Positions 1 to 10,071 of a stretch of 64,000 bases of DNA are shown one piece after another; position 1 is the stretch's first letter, and each line of letters begins with the position of its first letter. The notes under the pieces are model-generated. The model did no database searches. It was not told where the DNA came from and saw only the letters and a list, made by a program, of their open reading frames with translations. A program made the position numbers and the translations under genes. This DNA comes from Pedosphaera sp. (GTDB taxonomy: Bacteria; Verrucomicrobiota; Verrucomicrobiia; Limisphaerales; UBA9464). Where the stretch lies: positions 1,317-65,316 of the forward strand of contig SIBK01000014.1 of the NCBI GenBank assembly GCA_009695205.1, given 5' to 3'.

Positions 1-1466
1 TCCTCGCCTCCGCCGCCTTGGCCGCCGGGGGGTTAGCAGTTCCCGGTTGTTCGACGCCACGCTCGACGGCAGCGTCGGGCAAGCGGATCGTTGGAGCCAA
101 CGAGGACGTGCGGGTGGCGGTTATTGGCTTTAACGGCCGAGGCACGGATCATATCAACGGATTCACCAAGCTGAAAGGTGTTCGACTGGTGGGGCTGTGT
201 GATTGCGACCGCAATGTTTTGGACAAGGGGGCGGCGGAGTTGGCCGCCAAGGGAATCCACGTCGAGAAATTCACCGATGTTCGCAAACTATTGGAGCGGG
301 GGGACATTGACGTGATTTCAACAGCGACCCCCAATCACTGGCATGCATTGATCGCAATCTGGGCCTGTCAGCATGGCAAAGATGTCTATGTCGAGAAGCC
401 CGTGTCGCACAACGCGTGGGAGGGGCGTCAAATCGTAAAGGCAGCCCGAAAGTACGGACGCATCGTGCAGACAGGCACCCAAAGCCGCTCCAACCCTGGA
501 CTGCGCGAGGCGGTCGAGTGGGTCCAGGCAGGCAATCTGGGCAAGATCAAACTCGCCCGTGGACTTTGCTATAAGCCGCGTCAGAGCATTGGAAAGGTGG
601 CGGGTCCGACGCCGCTTCCGCCGAATATCGACTACGACCTATGGTGTGGTCCGTCGCCGATGAATCCCCTCATGCGGGCAAAGCTTCATTACGACTGGCA
701 CTGGCAGTTCGTCACTGGCAACGGGGACCTGGGCAATCAGGGTATCCATCAGATGGATATCGCCCGATGGGCGCTCGGCGAGCACTCGCTCAGCCCGTCC
801 GTCTTCAGTGTGGGGGGGCGGTTTGGATATGTGGACGATGGCAACACGCCAAACTCGCAGTTTGTTTATCACGGCTTCAAACGGGCGCCCTTGATTTTTG
901 AAGTACGGGGATTGCCGAAGGCCAAGGAGTTTCAGATGCCCGCGTTGTGGAACAAGAACATGGATGTCCTCCAGGGAGCCAGTATTGGGGTCATCGTTGA
1001 ATGCGAGGGTGGTTACCTCAGCATTCCAAGCTACGATAGTGCGGTGGCCTATGACCGAACGGGACATGAGGTTAAGCGGTGGAAAGGAGGGGCGGATCAC
1101 TACGCAAATTTCATCGGAGCCGTCCGCAGTCGTCGGCCGCATGAATTGAATGCTGAGATTGAGGAGGGTCATCTGAGCAGCGGCCTGTGCCACACTGCCA
1201 ATGTAAGTTATCAACTTGGGGAGAGCCTGGCGCCTGGCGCAATTCGCGAGCGGTTGCAGGGGAATAGTGCCGCCTCGGAAACATTTGGCCGCCTGAATGA
1301 GCACCTGGGAGCCAATGGTATTGACCAGGCCCGGACGCCGATAACGTTGGGGGCGTTTCTGGAAATGGACACGCAGGCGGAGCGATTCACCGGCTCGAGT
1401 CGTCGTGCAAACCCGATGCTGACCCGCGAATATCGCCGCGGGTTTGAAGTTCCGGCGCGGGTCTGA
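1..1466 (+). CDS. Gfo/Idh/MocA family oxidoreductase (5' end probably outside the window)
   Basis: ORF 18..1466 has the Rossmann motif VAVIGFNGRGTDH followed by a typical Gfo/Idh/MocA C-terminal domain. The frame stays open to the window edge. Codons from nt 3 read LASAALAAGGLAVPGC, which looks like a signal/Tat hydrophobic region. The TTG at 18 is therefore unlikely to be the true start. Confidence 0.8.
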   Translation, partial: LASAALAAGGLAVPGCSTPRSTAASGKRIVGANEDVRVAVIGFNGRGTDHINGFTKLKGVRLVGLCDCDRNVLDKGAAELAAKGIHVEKFTDVRKLLERGDIDVISTATPNHWHALIAIWACQHGKDVYVEKPVSHNAWEGRQIVKAARKYGRIVQTGTQSRSNPGLREAVEWVQAGNLGKIKLARGLCYKPRQSIGKVAGPTPLPPNIDYDLWCGPSPMNPLMRAKLHYDWHWQFVTGNGDLGNQGIHQMDIARWALGEHSLSPSVFSVGGRFGYVDDGNTPNSQFVYHGFKRAPLIFEVRGLPKAKEFQMPALWNKNMDVLQGASIGVIVECEGGYLSIPSYDSAVAYDRTGHEVKRWKGGADHYANFIGAVRSRRPHELNAEIEEGHLSSGLCHTANVSYQLGESLAPGAIRERLQGNSAASETFGRLNEHLGANGIDQARTPITLGAFLEMDTQAERFTGSSRRANPMLTREYRRGFEVPARV

Positions 1467-1496
1467 GGGAGGTCCTCGCAGAATTCCATTCATCCC

Positions 1497-2297
1497 ATGA
1501 GATCTAACTCCTATCAACAGGCCCGGCACGGTTTCACTCTCATCGAACTGTTGGTAGTAATCGCGATCATTGCCATTCTTGCAGGCATGTTACTCCCAGC
1601 GTTGTCCCGGGCTAAAGCCAAGGCGTTATCCATCCAGTGTGTTAGCAATCAGAGGCAGCTTGGCATGGCCGCGAAATTGTATCTGAACGATTATCGAGAC
1701 CAATTTCCGTGGACGTTTACGCTGACGGCAAACGGCGTCGATCAGACCAATTGGTATAGCTACACCTATGCATATCAGCAGTCAAAAAAGCTGTTGCTTT
1801 GTCCGGTTCGGCCGGCGCTCAAGGATAGAAAGCCGAATTCAGGCGGCTCGTTCGGCACGAGTAGTGACGGGGAAGTGACCTACTCCAAAGACGGTTTGTT
1901 CGGTAATTTCGCCGCCAATTTTCGTCTCGGCGGTTGCTGGTGGCCGGGCACGTGGGAATTCCGGGGCATCAAGGACGGAGGGCTGCGTAACCCGGCTGGG
2001 ACCGTTCACGTGACCGATGGAGGGGTTGCGGCGACCAACTCAAAGGATCCGGACAAAGCGATAACGCCGGCTTCCAAGCGCAAGATTGGTACCTGGATTG
2101 TCCATGACGTTGGCAACGATACGCCTTGTACCGGCTGTGTTTCCTCGCCGGATGATCCGAACTGGGGCGGGCCGGATCCCAGACATAACAACCGGGCCAA
2201 TAACCTCTATGCCGACGGGCATGTGGATTCGCTAAAAACCCGTCAATGGTATTGGGCGGGCACACCCTGGCTAAATCCGGATGTCGGCGGACCTTAG
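1497..2297 (+). CDS. prepilin-type N-terminal cleavage/methylation domain protein, H-X9-DG type
   Basis: The N-terminus [12 protein letters not shown]|[24 protein letters not shown] is a class III signal/pseudopilin motif. The C-terminus has [12 protein letters not shown] (H-X9-DG). This family is strongly expanded in PVC bacteria. Confidence 0.8.
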   Translation: MRSNSYQQARHGFTLIELLVVIAIIAILAGMLLPALSRAKAKALSIQCVSNQRQLGMAAKLYLNDYRDQFPWTFTLTANGVDQTNWYSYTYAYQQSKKLLLCPVRPALKDRKPNSGGSFGTSSDGEVTYSKDGLFGNFAANFRLGGCWWPGTWEFRGIKDGGLRNPAGTVHVTDGGVAATNSKDPDKAITPASKRKIGTWIVHDVGNDTPCTGCVSSPDDPNWGGPDPRHNNRANNLYADGHVDSLKTRQWYWAGTPWLNPDVGGP

Positions 2298-2309
2298 TTT
2301 TCCGTTGCT

Positions 2310-4067
2310 TTAGGCGCTGGCAGCCAGCCGCTTTCTACGCAGGGCGTTGCGCAGCATTGCCAGAGGGAGGGTGTTGATGACATCGGCCTTCTCGAGCCAT
2401 CCCTTCCGTGCGATGCCAGCGCCCAAGCGTAGAAATTGGGCGTGCTCCAACCGATGCGCATCACAGTTGATGACGCAGAGAACCCCCTTGGACTTGGCGT
2501 AATGCCAATGCCTCCAATCGAGGTCGAAACGGTATGGGGAAGCGTTTAATTCGATCCACGTGCCCGTCTCGGCGCAGGCATCGATGACGGCCGGCAAATT
2601 GATCTTATACGCGTCCCGTTCGAGGAGAAGGCGTCCGGTGGGATGTCCCAGCATATGGACGAAAGGATTCTGTGCGGCGGCGATCAGTCGGCGGGTGTTC
2701 GCCGCTTCATCACTCGCGGGCACATGAAGGCTGGCGATGACGACATCGAGTTCCGACAGGAGATCGTCCGTAAAGTCGAGACCGTCCTTCAGCACATCGA
2801 CTTCAATACCCGTGAGAAGACGAAACGCCGTGCCTTCGTCGGCCAGCGATCGATTGATTTGGGAGACGGATTCAAGCTGCTGTTTCAGTCGTTTAGGGTC
2901 GAGCCCATTGGCCTGGAAGCTGGCGCGGGAATGGTCGGTGATTGCCCAGTATTCAAGACCGAGATCCGACATGTGTTGGACGATGTCTTCGAGGGTGTTC
3001 CGGCCGTCGCTCCAATTCGAATGATTGTGTAGAGAACCTCGAAGATCGGTCCATTCCATCAAGCGCGGGAGCGCGTGAGATTCCCCGGCGGCGAACTCGC
3101 CATGGTCTTCGCGGAGTTCGGGAGCGATGAAGGGGAGTCCCAGGCTTTGGTAAAGTTCCTCCTCCGTGGCACAGATCACACGGAGAGCGGGGTCGCGGGT
3201 TTCCTCGGTGGATCGGAACAATCCGTATTCGTTCAGACGCAGACCGCGGGCGATGGCACGCTGGCGCATGATGATATTGTGCTCCTTGCTGCCGGTGAAG
3301 TAGGCGAGGGCGAAAGGATATTCGGATTCGCTGACGACGCGGAGATCGGCCTGAATACCGCCGTTGAGAAGAACGCTGGCCTTGGTGTCTCCATGAGCGA
3401 GGACCTGCAAAATGCCAGGCTGGGATACGAAATGCTGTAAGACGGCCTCGGGGTTCCTGGAAGACACGACGAAATCGATGTCGCCGATGACTTCCTTCCA
3501 ACGTCGCAGGCTGCCGGCTGTTGAACAGCGGAGAACATCCGGGTGGGAGCGCAGAGATTCCAAGATGGGATCTGCTGCGGCGAGAGCGGCTGCGAGGCGA
3601 TGCCGGGAGGCGAACTGTCTTTTGAAAGCGATGGCTTCGAGGATGCGTGCCTGGGTCTTTTCGCCGAACCCTTCGAGTGCGGCGATCTTTCCGGATCGGG
3701 CGGCGGCTTCGAGTTGTTCAACTCCTGTGATGGCCAGTTCGTCGTGCAGTTTCTTAACTTTTTTGGGTCCGAGTCCTTGGAGGTCGAGCATCTCCAGCAG
3801 GCCGGCTGGAACCGAGTTCTTCAGCTCTTCATAGTACGGCAGCCGGCCGGTGGTTACGAGCGTGGTAATTTTCTCCACGAGCGCATCACCGAAGCCCTTC
3901 AGATCGCCGAGGCGTTTTTCCGCAACGATTTTCTCCAATGGTTCATTCAAACCCTCGAGCGTTCGGGCGGCGTTGACGTAAGCGCGCGTTTTGAAAGGGT
4001 TTTCGCCCTTCAACTCGAGCAGGGTGCCGATTTCCGTCAGGACCGCGGCTACTTGATCCTTATCCAT
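2310..4067 (-). CDS. polX: DNA polymerase X family protein with C-terminal PHP domain
   Basis: It has helix-hairpin-helix repeats (GFGEKTQARILE, GLGPKKVKKLHDEL), a Pol-beta nucleotidyltransferase core (GSLRRWKEVIGDIDFVV) and a PHP histidinol-phosphatase-like domain (LHNHSNWSDG ... HPTGRLL ... INCDAH). I chose the start at the internal MDKDQVAAVLTEI (rc ATG at 4065-4067). The upstream 51 codons of the ORF are not protein-like. Confidence 0.85.
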   Translation of the reverse strand: MDKDQVAAVLTEIGTLLELKGENPFKTRAYVNAARTLEGLNEPLEKIVAEKRLGDLKGFGDALVEKITTLVTTGRLPYYEELKNSVPAGLLEMLDLQGLGPKKVKKLHDELAITGVEQLEAAARSGKIAALEGFGEKTQARILEAIAFKRQFASRHRLAAALAAADPILESLRSHPDVLRCSTAGSLRRWKEVIGDIDFVVSSRNPEAVLQHFVSQPGILQVLAHGDTKASVLLNGGIQADLRVVSESEYPFALAYFTGSKEHNIIMRQRAIARGLRLNEYGLFRSTEETRDPALRVICATEEELYQSLGLPFIAPELREDHGEFAAGESHALPRLMEWTDLRGSLHNHSNWSDGRNTLEDIVQHMSDLGLEYWAITDHSRASFQANGLDPKRLKQQLESVSQINRSLADEGTAFRLLTGIEVDVLKDGLDFTDDLLSELDVVIASLHVPASDEAANTRRLIAAAQNPFVHMLGHPTGRLLLERDAYKINLPAVIDACAETGTWIELNASPYRFDLDWRHWHYAKSKGVLCVINCDAHRLEHAQFLRLGAGIARKGWLEKADVINTLPLAMLRNALRRKRLAASA

Positions 4068-4281
4068 CGGGTGACCGTGGCACGGGCGGCAGGATGAGTG
4101 AAGCGAGAAACCGAAATCGGGAGGAGTCCAAACCGTTTGGGTTGAATGGGATCGTTGGGGCATCAGCCGTTGAGCACGTTCTGCTCTCCGGCGCGGTACG
4201 TGGCTGCGATTCGCGTTCATCCCCTTGGAGTCTTCCCCTCTCCAAGACGCGGCGACGGCTGCGTGGCGAGTAGTAGAACCT

Positions 4282-6117
4282 CTACTTTCGGATCACCCGG
4301 ACGACGTGCAGGGGCATTTCGATGGATGGCCTTCCCGGGGTACGGAACGTTTCGGCAATCGCATGCGCATTTTCATAAACGACCGGTCCGGTTCCGTATC
4401 CGGGTGCGATGTCATTGGTGCCAATGGCTTCGCGCGAATTCGCAAACATATAAACCTCTCGATTCGGTGGAAGGTCGGAAATAGTGAGATAAATTGGTCT
4501 CGGAGCATAGATCGCGCCCAGTCTAAACCCCGTCATCAAAAGTATCGAGTCGGGCGGAAGAATCCGGTCCAGGCGTCGGAAATCATCGAAGAATGCGATA
4601 TATTTCCTGCAAAATGCGTTCTTGGATTGCTGTCGAAGGACAATTGGGAAGAATTGTGCGGCATAGTATAACTGTACGGCCAGCCAGGGCAGCAGCAATC
4701 CGCAAGCCACAAACGCCCGAATATTCCTTGCCGCAACCCACTCGACGATCCGGGCAGGGGGAGCCAGAATGAACCACGTCAGCAGTCCGTAATGTAGGCC
4801 TCCTAGAAACCGGACATCGTAGGGCAGCAGGATATAAATGACGAGGAGTTGCAAAAGTAACAAACCGCCTCCAATCCATTTGTCGGCTCGAGGCAGCTGC
4901 GTCCGAATCAATCCGCCGACGATGCCGAGCCACAAAAGTGGGGAATAGTTCAGCAGCGTTGTCTCCACGATGCTTGCAAAGGATGGCCGGTTAATGTCCC
5001 GACTCTCTTGGAAAATCTTCCGAATCTGCTCGGGATCGTATACCGAATGGCCAAGGACACCGCTGAGGATTGGCCCCAAAGGCGAACCGGATTGAACCCA
5101 AGTCCACGCGAGGAGGGGGCCGGCGAAGAGAACCCAGGGGCAGGCCATCACGAAGGCTGCCGATTTTCGCTGCTCTGTGGAAAGGCGGCGAAACAGCGCA
5201 AACCCCACGACGACCAGCAGTGCTACGCTGAGCGGGAGCAGCGAGATTTTGGTGGATCCGGCAGCCCAGCACATTGTGGAGACCATGCCGCCGTACGCCA
5301 CGGGCCCCGCGGATTTTATCAGCCGGTCCCGCTGGCAGAAGGCCACCACTGCCGCCGTCATGGCTAGGTCGCCCAACGCATGGCTCCCGGCCGTCACAAG
5401 CCACACCACCGGATACAATCCCACGGAGAGGATCCCCAACCAGAAATAGGTCCAGACGGCCGGTTGTTCCGTCTCTCGGGCCAAACGTCGAATGAACCAC
5501 AGCAATTGGAGGCCGAATGCGACGCTGACCACGTTTGAGGCATCCGGGCAACGGATCGAATGCAGCGGGGCCATGGCAATCTGGAAGGTCATCTGCGGCC
5601 AGATGGCAGACACCCACGGGGACTGGTAAAACAGCATCGCGCCGTCGGTCGCGATCCGGCTGGGCGTCAGCATGTGGTAATAGATCTCATCGTTTTTGGT
5701 CGATGGCGCAGTGGCAATCAGCAGGCGTGCGAGCCATGCGACGATGCATACTAACACGAGTGGCCAAACTGCTGAGGGAAGGGGATCCGAGGTCCGCAAT
5801 TTCCGCGAACGCGAGCGAACCGCGGCGTAGCCACCGGTGACAACCAACGCAACCCAAAGGGAGATCAGGACCGGTGGCCCGGCCAACCGGGCCATCCCCA
5901 GCCATTGAACCATTGAGCTCAGAATTTGTAGCCCTAGCAAGGTTGCGGTAACCTCATTCCATGGAGTCGGCAGGCGCCATCGAACCAAGCCTAACAGCGC
6001 GCTTCCCCAACCCAGCATGCCGGCGAAGGTGGCCAATCCGACAAGCAACACCAGGGGTGCCGAGTAATAGCGAAGGGCGAAATACGAAGTCATCCTGAAT
6101 AGGCCTAATTCGTCCAA
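4282..6117 (-). CDS. polytopic membrane protein, GT-C-fold glycosyltransferase-like (function uncertain)
   Basis: The 611-aa ORF has many predicted TM helices. An acidic loop-1 motif KNDEIYYH follows an early TM segment, as in GT39/GT83-type (PMT/ArnT-like) enzymes. The C-terminal ~150 aa are soluble. The assignment is by pattern only. Confidence 0.5.
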   Translation of the reverse strand: MDELGLFRMTSYFALRYYSAPLVLLVGLATFAGMLGWGSALLGLVRWRLPTPWNEVTATLLGLQILSSMVQWLGMARLAGPPVLISLWVALVVTGGYAAVRSRSRKLRTSDPLPSAVWPLVLVCIVAWLARLLIATAPSTKNDEIYYHMLTPSRIATDGAMLFYQSPWVSAIWPQMTFQIAMAPLHSIRCPDASNVVSVAFGLQLLWFIRRLARETEQPAVWTYFWLGILSVGLYPVVWLVTAGSHALGDLAMTAAVVAFCQRDRLIKSAGPVAYGGMVSTMCWAAGSTKISLLPLSVALLVVVGFALFRRLSTEQRKSAAFVMACPWVLFAGPLLAWTWVQSGSPLGPILSGVLGHSVYDPEQIRKIFQESRDINRPSFASIVETTLLNYSPLLWLGIVGGLIRTQLPRADKWIGGGLLLLQLLVIYILLPYDVRFLGGLHYGLLTWFILAPPARIVEWVAARNIRAFVACGLLLPWLAVQLYYAAQFFPIVLRQQSKNAFCRKYIAFFDDFRRLDRILPPDSILLMTGFRLGAIYAPRPIYLTISDLPPNREVYMFANSREAIGTNDIAPGYGTGPVVYENAHAIAETFRTPGRPSIEMPLHVVRVIRK

Positions 6118-6574
6118 TACTTTGAAATCACCCGTGATCCATTCATTACTTTTCCATCCGGCGATCGCCGGTGCACCTTACGAATGGTGGGCGATTGAAT
6201 CTTCCAGTCGGACTCATCGGCAATCGAATTTTTGGCATCGGCCCATTTTGCAGGCGATCTCCGCACCCACGGAAGCGAAAAAAATTCATTCGGTCCCCAA
6301 TCAACACCCGAAACTTTGTGTGGCCGGTCGTTGCATCGTATAAGGCAAACCGAATGAATTCAACGTCAGCTTCTGTCTATTCCTATTCTTGAGTGAGTCG
6401 TTCGGATTCGGCGACGAAGTCCGGGCCGGAAGAAGATCCAGACCTTGGGTTATTGGACGCTGCGAACGGATACGCCCGGTCGAACACTCCTCCGGTTTCG
6501 CGTTGTCCCAGCGCCGCTGGACGGCTACGGTCGCAGCTCTCTTGAAAAGTTTGTGTTTAATTAAAAACCCCGGC

Positions 6575-8242
6575 GTGTCAAAACGCCGACTTCTATCATT
6601 AATAAAGGGAACCCCCTTGCTTTTCCTTTGCACGTTGATCTGTTCTGGCCTGCGAGCGGCCTCGGTTGGCCGCAGTTTCGCTGGCAGCGCCCTATTCGAT
6701 TTCGATGCCGACGGAGCCTGCGGTCCCAATCATTACGCAGAAATAACGAACAGAGGACTTCGAGTAATTTCTTTGGCTTCCGGCGCGGAGGTCTATAATG
6801 TTCCACTATGGGATTTCTGGCGATCGAAAGTGGGAACCCCATCCCGCTTCTCCGGCTTCGATCCGCATATCGAATACGATCACTCTTGTGAGCGCTGGTT
6901 CGCGACCAGCTTAACTAAAGCCTACAGCACCGATAGCGCCGTCCTCCTGGGCGTGTCCGATGGCACCGATCCTTCGGGAAGCTGGAAGGGCTTCGTTATT
7001 GATGCCGACCCCGAGGACCACTTTTGGGCGGACTATCCGCAACTCGGCATCGACGGCGCTGCGATTTACATCCGCATGCAGATGATTGGAATCGAAAGTT
7101 CGATTTCCCGTGCAACAACTTTGATCACGGTCCCGAAATCAGATCTTACGTCCAGCGTGCCCACGGTCGACCGGCTCTCTCGGTTTTCAGTTCCTCGGCC
7201 GATATTTCCGGATCAACCGTCTCCTACCGACCTGAATCCTGATCTGTGGCCTCAAATTGATTTTCTTGGCACGTCGTGGGATGGGCTTTTGGTCGGCTAC
7301 CCATCGATTGGATGGAAATCTGAACTCTCCAATGGAAGGGTTGTCTACCAGTGGGCAGCTTTCTGCGATTATCAAAGAGTTGTTGATTCTGGAACTGCAT
7401 CTGCAACGATCTCTTCCTGGTCGACTGCACTCAAGTATGTCTTCCAACAGACGACATTAATTCCGCCGCCAGGTCCCTGGCCGTCGGATGCTGGCTTCCA
7501 AATGGGAACCGAGCATCGATTGGGTAATAACGGCGGAAATAATTATGTGAGAGTGGGTAATGTTCTTTATTCTGTGGGCAATGCTGTGGTGCAGGGACGG
7601 GTCGGTATCGCCTATACAAAACTGTGCGTCAGTTCCAATTCTATTATTGATTCGGGATTTATCGGCGACGAGTTGCACGATCATTTTGAGGCGAGTATTG
7701 GAGCAAATCCCAGGGGAGATGTTGTGATTGCGTACCTGCGGACCGGGGCCTCAGAATATGCCAGTCTTTACGCTTCGTTTGGAAGAGCTGATGTGAACGG
7801 ACACCTCAAATTCGGTTCTCCGATATTGCTCAAGGCCGGGACGGACATCTTCGATGAGAAGGGTCCGCGCTATGGCGACACGGGGCCTGCCCGGTTGAGC
7901 GACTACAGCACGGCTGTTTCAATTCACCCTGCAGATCATTCCCGTTTTTGGGTCAGCGGGCCGTACGTTAGTTCCCGCAATGCCGCTTCCACTTGGATTG
8001 CCGAACTGGTGACGGAAGAGTTGCCGATCTTAAGCGTTGGACGGATTGGAGTGTCCAACGAGGATGTGGAAATCAGGTTCAACTCGGTGGCGGGAAAAAC
8101 GTATCGTTTTCAGCGGTCTGCAACACTCAGTGACTGGCATACCCTTCAATCCGGCATCGCTGGCACTGGAGCAGAGATTATCCTCTTTGATCCCGGCCAA
8201 GGACTCTTTCGCAGACTATTTTGGCGCTTGTTGCTCAACTAA
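6575..8242 (+). CDS. secreted hypothetical protein with C-terminal beta-sandwich-like domain
   Basis: The ORF track gives 6389..8242. An in-frame GTG at 6575 yields a signal peptide (VSKRRLLSLIKGTPLLFLCTLICSGLRAAS). The upstream 62 codons look non-coding. I recognise no family. Confidence 0.5.
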   Translation: MSKRRLLSLIKGTPLLFLCTLICSGLRAASVGRSFAGSALFDFDADGACGPNHYAEITNRGLRVISLASGAEVYNVPLWDFWRSKVGTPSRFSGFDPHIEYDHSCERWFATSLTKAYSTDSAVLLGVSDGTDPSGSWKGFVIDADPEDHFWADYPQLGIDGAAIYIRMQMIGIESSISRATTLITVPKSDLTSSVPTVDRLSRFSVPRPIFPDQPSPTDLNPDLWPQIDFLGTSWDGLLVGYPSIGWKSELSNGRVVYQWAAFCDYQRVVDSGTASATISSWSTALKYVFQQTTLIPPPGPWPSDAGFQMGTEHRLGNNGGNNYVRVGNVLYSVGNAVVQGRVGIAYTKLCVSSNSIIDSGFIGDELHDHFEASIGANPRGDVVIAYLRTGASEYASLYASFGRADVNGHLKFGSPILLKAGTDIFDEKGPRYGDTGPARLSDYSTAVSIHPADHSRFWVSGPYVSSRNAASTWIAELVTEELPILSVGRIGVSNEDVEIRFNSVAGKTYRFQRSATLSDWHTLQSGIAGTGAEIILFDPGQGLFRRLFWRLLLN

Positions 8243-8326
8243 GAATGCGCTTCCGAGTGACTGGGGGGGTGCTATGTCAAGCCGCTTGGGAGTGATCTCG
8301 GTTATGGCATCTGCACCGGTGGGCAC

Positions 8327-9181
8327 TTACCAGGTCCGACGACCAGCGACCCTTGCGTGCTTCAGCGTCTTGCGGCGTCGCATAGGCGCATTATTCTTTC
8401 GAGCAACGGCTTTAATTGATCCAGCCGCACCATGTTGGGTGCCGTCGGAAAGAGCGCGGTCCGGGTCCGGATGAACTTCCAGGAAAAATCCGTCGCAGCC
8501 CGCACCGGCAGCCGCGCAGGCTAATATTTCAACGTACTCCCGCTGGCCTGCGGATTGGGTACCGCCCGCCCCGGGCAATTGCACGCTGTGGGTTGCGTCA
8601 AAGACCACCGGGTACCCAAACGTTTGCAATATTGGAATAGATCTCATATCCACTACCAGGTTGTTATACCCGAAGGTTGAACCTCGCTCGGTCAGCAGGA
8701 TCTGCCGGTTTCCTGAGTCTTCGACCTTTTTCACGGCATTGCCCATTTCCTGGGGTGAAAGAAATTGGCCCTTCTTGATGTTTACAATCTTTCCCGTTTG
8801 CACGGCGGCGATCAATAGATCCGTTTGTCGGCACAGAAATGCGGGAATCTGCAATACATCGACCACTCGGCCGGCTTCCCTCGCCTGGTCATCGGTGTGC
8901 ACGTCGGTGAGAATCGGAATTCCAAACTGCCTCCGGACCTTTTCTAGGATCGCGAGGCCCTTTTCGAGTCCCGGTCCGCGGTAGGAGTGGATCGATGTGC
9001 GATTGGCTTTATCGAAGGATGCCTTGAAAATGAAGGGAATTCCCAGAGGACGAGTGATCTCTGCGATGCCCCCCGCTGTTTCCAGTACAAGGCTCTCGTT
9101 TTCGATTGCGCAAGGCCCGGCAATGAGAAAATGCCGGCTCCCCGCCCGGACGTTTAAGGAAGAGAAATCTAAGGGCGTCAT
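8327..9181 (-). CDS. kdsA: 3-deoxy-8-phosphooctulonate synthase (KDO8P synthase); the 3' end appears frameshifted
   Basis: FLIAGPCAIE, IPFIFKASFDKANRTSIHSYRGPG, LTDVH, QIPAFLCRQTDL and FDATHSVQLPG all match E. coli KdsA along its length. The start is at MTPLDF (rc ATG 9179-9181). After HPDPDRALSDG the annotated frame reads unrelated sequence to 8327. The +1 frame reads PNMVRLDQLKPLLERIMRL and stops at 8362-8364 (see findings). Confidence 0.85.
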   Translation of the reverse strand: MTPLDFSSLNVRAGSRHFLIAGPCAIENESLVLETAGGIAEITRPLGIPFIFKASFDKANRTSIHSYRGPGLEKGLAILEKVRRQFGIPILTDVHTDDQAREAGRVVDVLQIPAFLCRQTDLLIAAVQTGKIVNIKKGQFLSPQEMGNAVKKVEDSGNRQILLTERGSTFGYNNLVVDMRSIPILQTFGYPVVFDATHSVQLPGAGGTQSAGQREYVEILACAAAGAGCDGFFLEVHPDPDRALSDGTQHGAAGSIKAVARKNNAPMRRRKTLKHARVAGRRTW

Positions 9182-9213
9182 ACCGCTGAAACTGTTGGAT
9201 GCCTTGGAAAAGC

Positions 9214-9840
9214 TCAAGGCAAAGCGGGCGCGATGACTGACTTGGCCGGTCCAGCCCCCACAGCATCCGATACCTGCAAAAACCGCATGAGTGAGTCGCC
9301 ATGCTTCAGTAACTTCCGCTCCTGCCACAGGGGCACCAGTTCGAGGGTATCCCGTTTAGTGTGACCCAGGATAAACAATCCCTCGGGAGCGAGCAGACGC
9401 GGGAGTGCTGGATTGTCCAGCAGACGTTGTGCGAACGATGTGGAGCGTTTATTTGTGTTTTTCGGACCGTAGGGGGGATCCGCCAGCACCAGATCAAACA
9501 GCCGACCTGCAGCAACCATCTGTAAAATCACAGCGAAGACATCCTGCACCCGGAGTTCGACCGCATCCCGTGGCAATCCCAGGGATTCGAGGTTGGCGCT
9601 GTAAAATCGAGCGTGTCGTGCGGACAATTCCACAGAAACCACGTCCCGAGCTCCGCGACTCAACGCTTCAAGCCCTAATGAGCCCGAGCCCGCAAACAGG
9701 TCGAATACCCGCGCATCAATGACTCGGTCCCCCAGGCTATTGAAGACCGCTAGCTTGACTTTGTCCGGAGTCGGTCGGACATTGATTCCTTCCGGAACCT
9801 TAAGTAACCGCCGGGCGCTGGCCCCACCAATGATCCGCAT
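9214..9840 (-). CDS. rsmD: 16S rRNA (guanine966-N2)-methyltransferase
   Basis: MRIIGGASARRLLKVPEGINVRPTPDKVKLAVFNSL, the SAM motif DLFAGSGSLGLEALSRGA and the catalytic DPPY. The start is at the internal MRIIGG (rc ATG 9838-9840). Confidence 0.8.
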   Translation of the reverse strand: MRIIGGASARRLLKVPEGINVRPTPDKVKLAVFNSLGDRVIDARVFDLFAGSGSLGLEALSRGARDVVSVELSARHARFYSANLESLGLPRDAVELRVQDVFAVILQMVAAGRLFDLVLADPPYGPKNTNKRSTSFAQRLLDNPALPRLLAPEGLFILGHTKRDTLELVPLWQERKLLKHGDSLMRFLQVSDAVGAGPAKSVIAPALP

Positions 9841-10071
9841 GGGTCGATGCTCCCGGGATTTCGGCCTGCCACCAGACAAAAGAGCAGCGGAATTCCTGTC
9901 ACAGAGCGCGCGGTTTTTGGGTCGTAATCTCAATTCATTTCTAATAATTGGAAAAAAAGGGCCTACTGAGAGAGGACCTTGGTAGGAGATGGAGCGAAAA
10001 TAGGTCTTGCGTGTGGTTTCCGCAGGCAGCTAGGGTCCGCGCTCGTTTTTAAAAGAAAGAATTGAATCGAT

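Noticed and set aside
639-1529. Long antisense or alternative-frame ORFs throughout the track, for example 639..1529 (-, 296 aa), 30428..31489 (+, 353 aa), 59010..59903 (-, 297 aa) and 61817..62623 (+, 268 aa).
   Set aside because: They lie entirely opposite or inside well-supported genes. They have Arg/Pro/Gly/Ser-rich, low-information composition typical of shadow ORFs in GC-rich DNA. They show no recognisable motifs.
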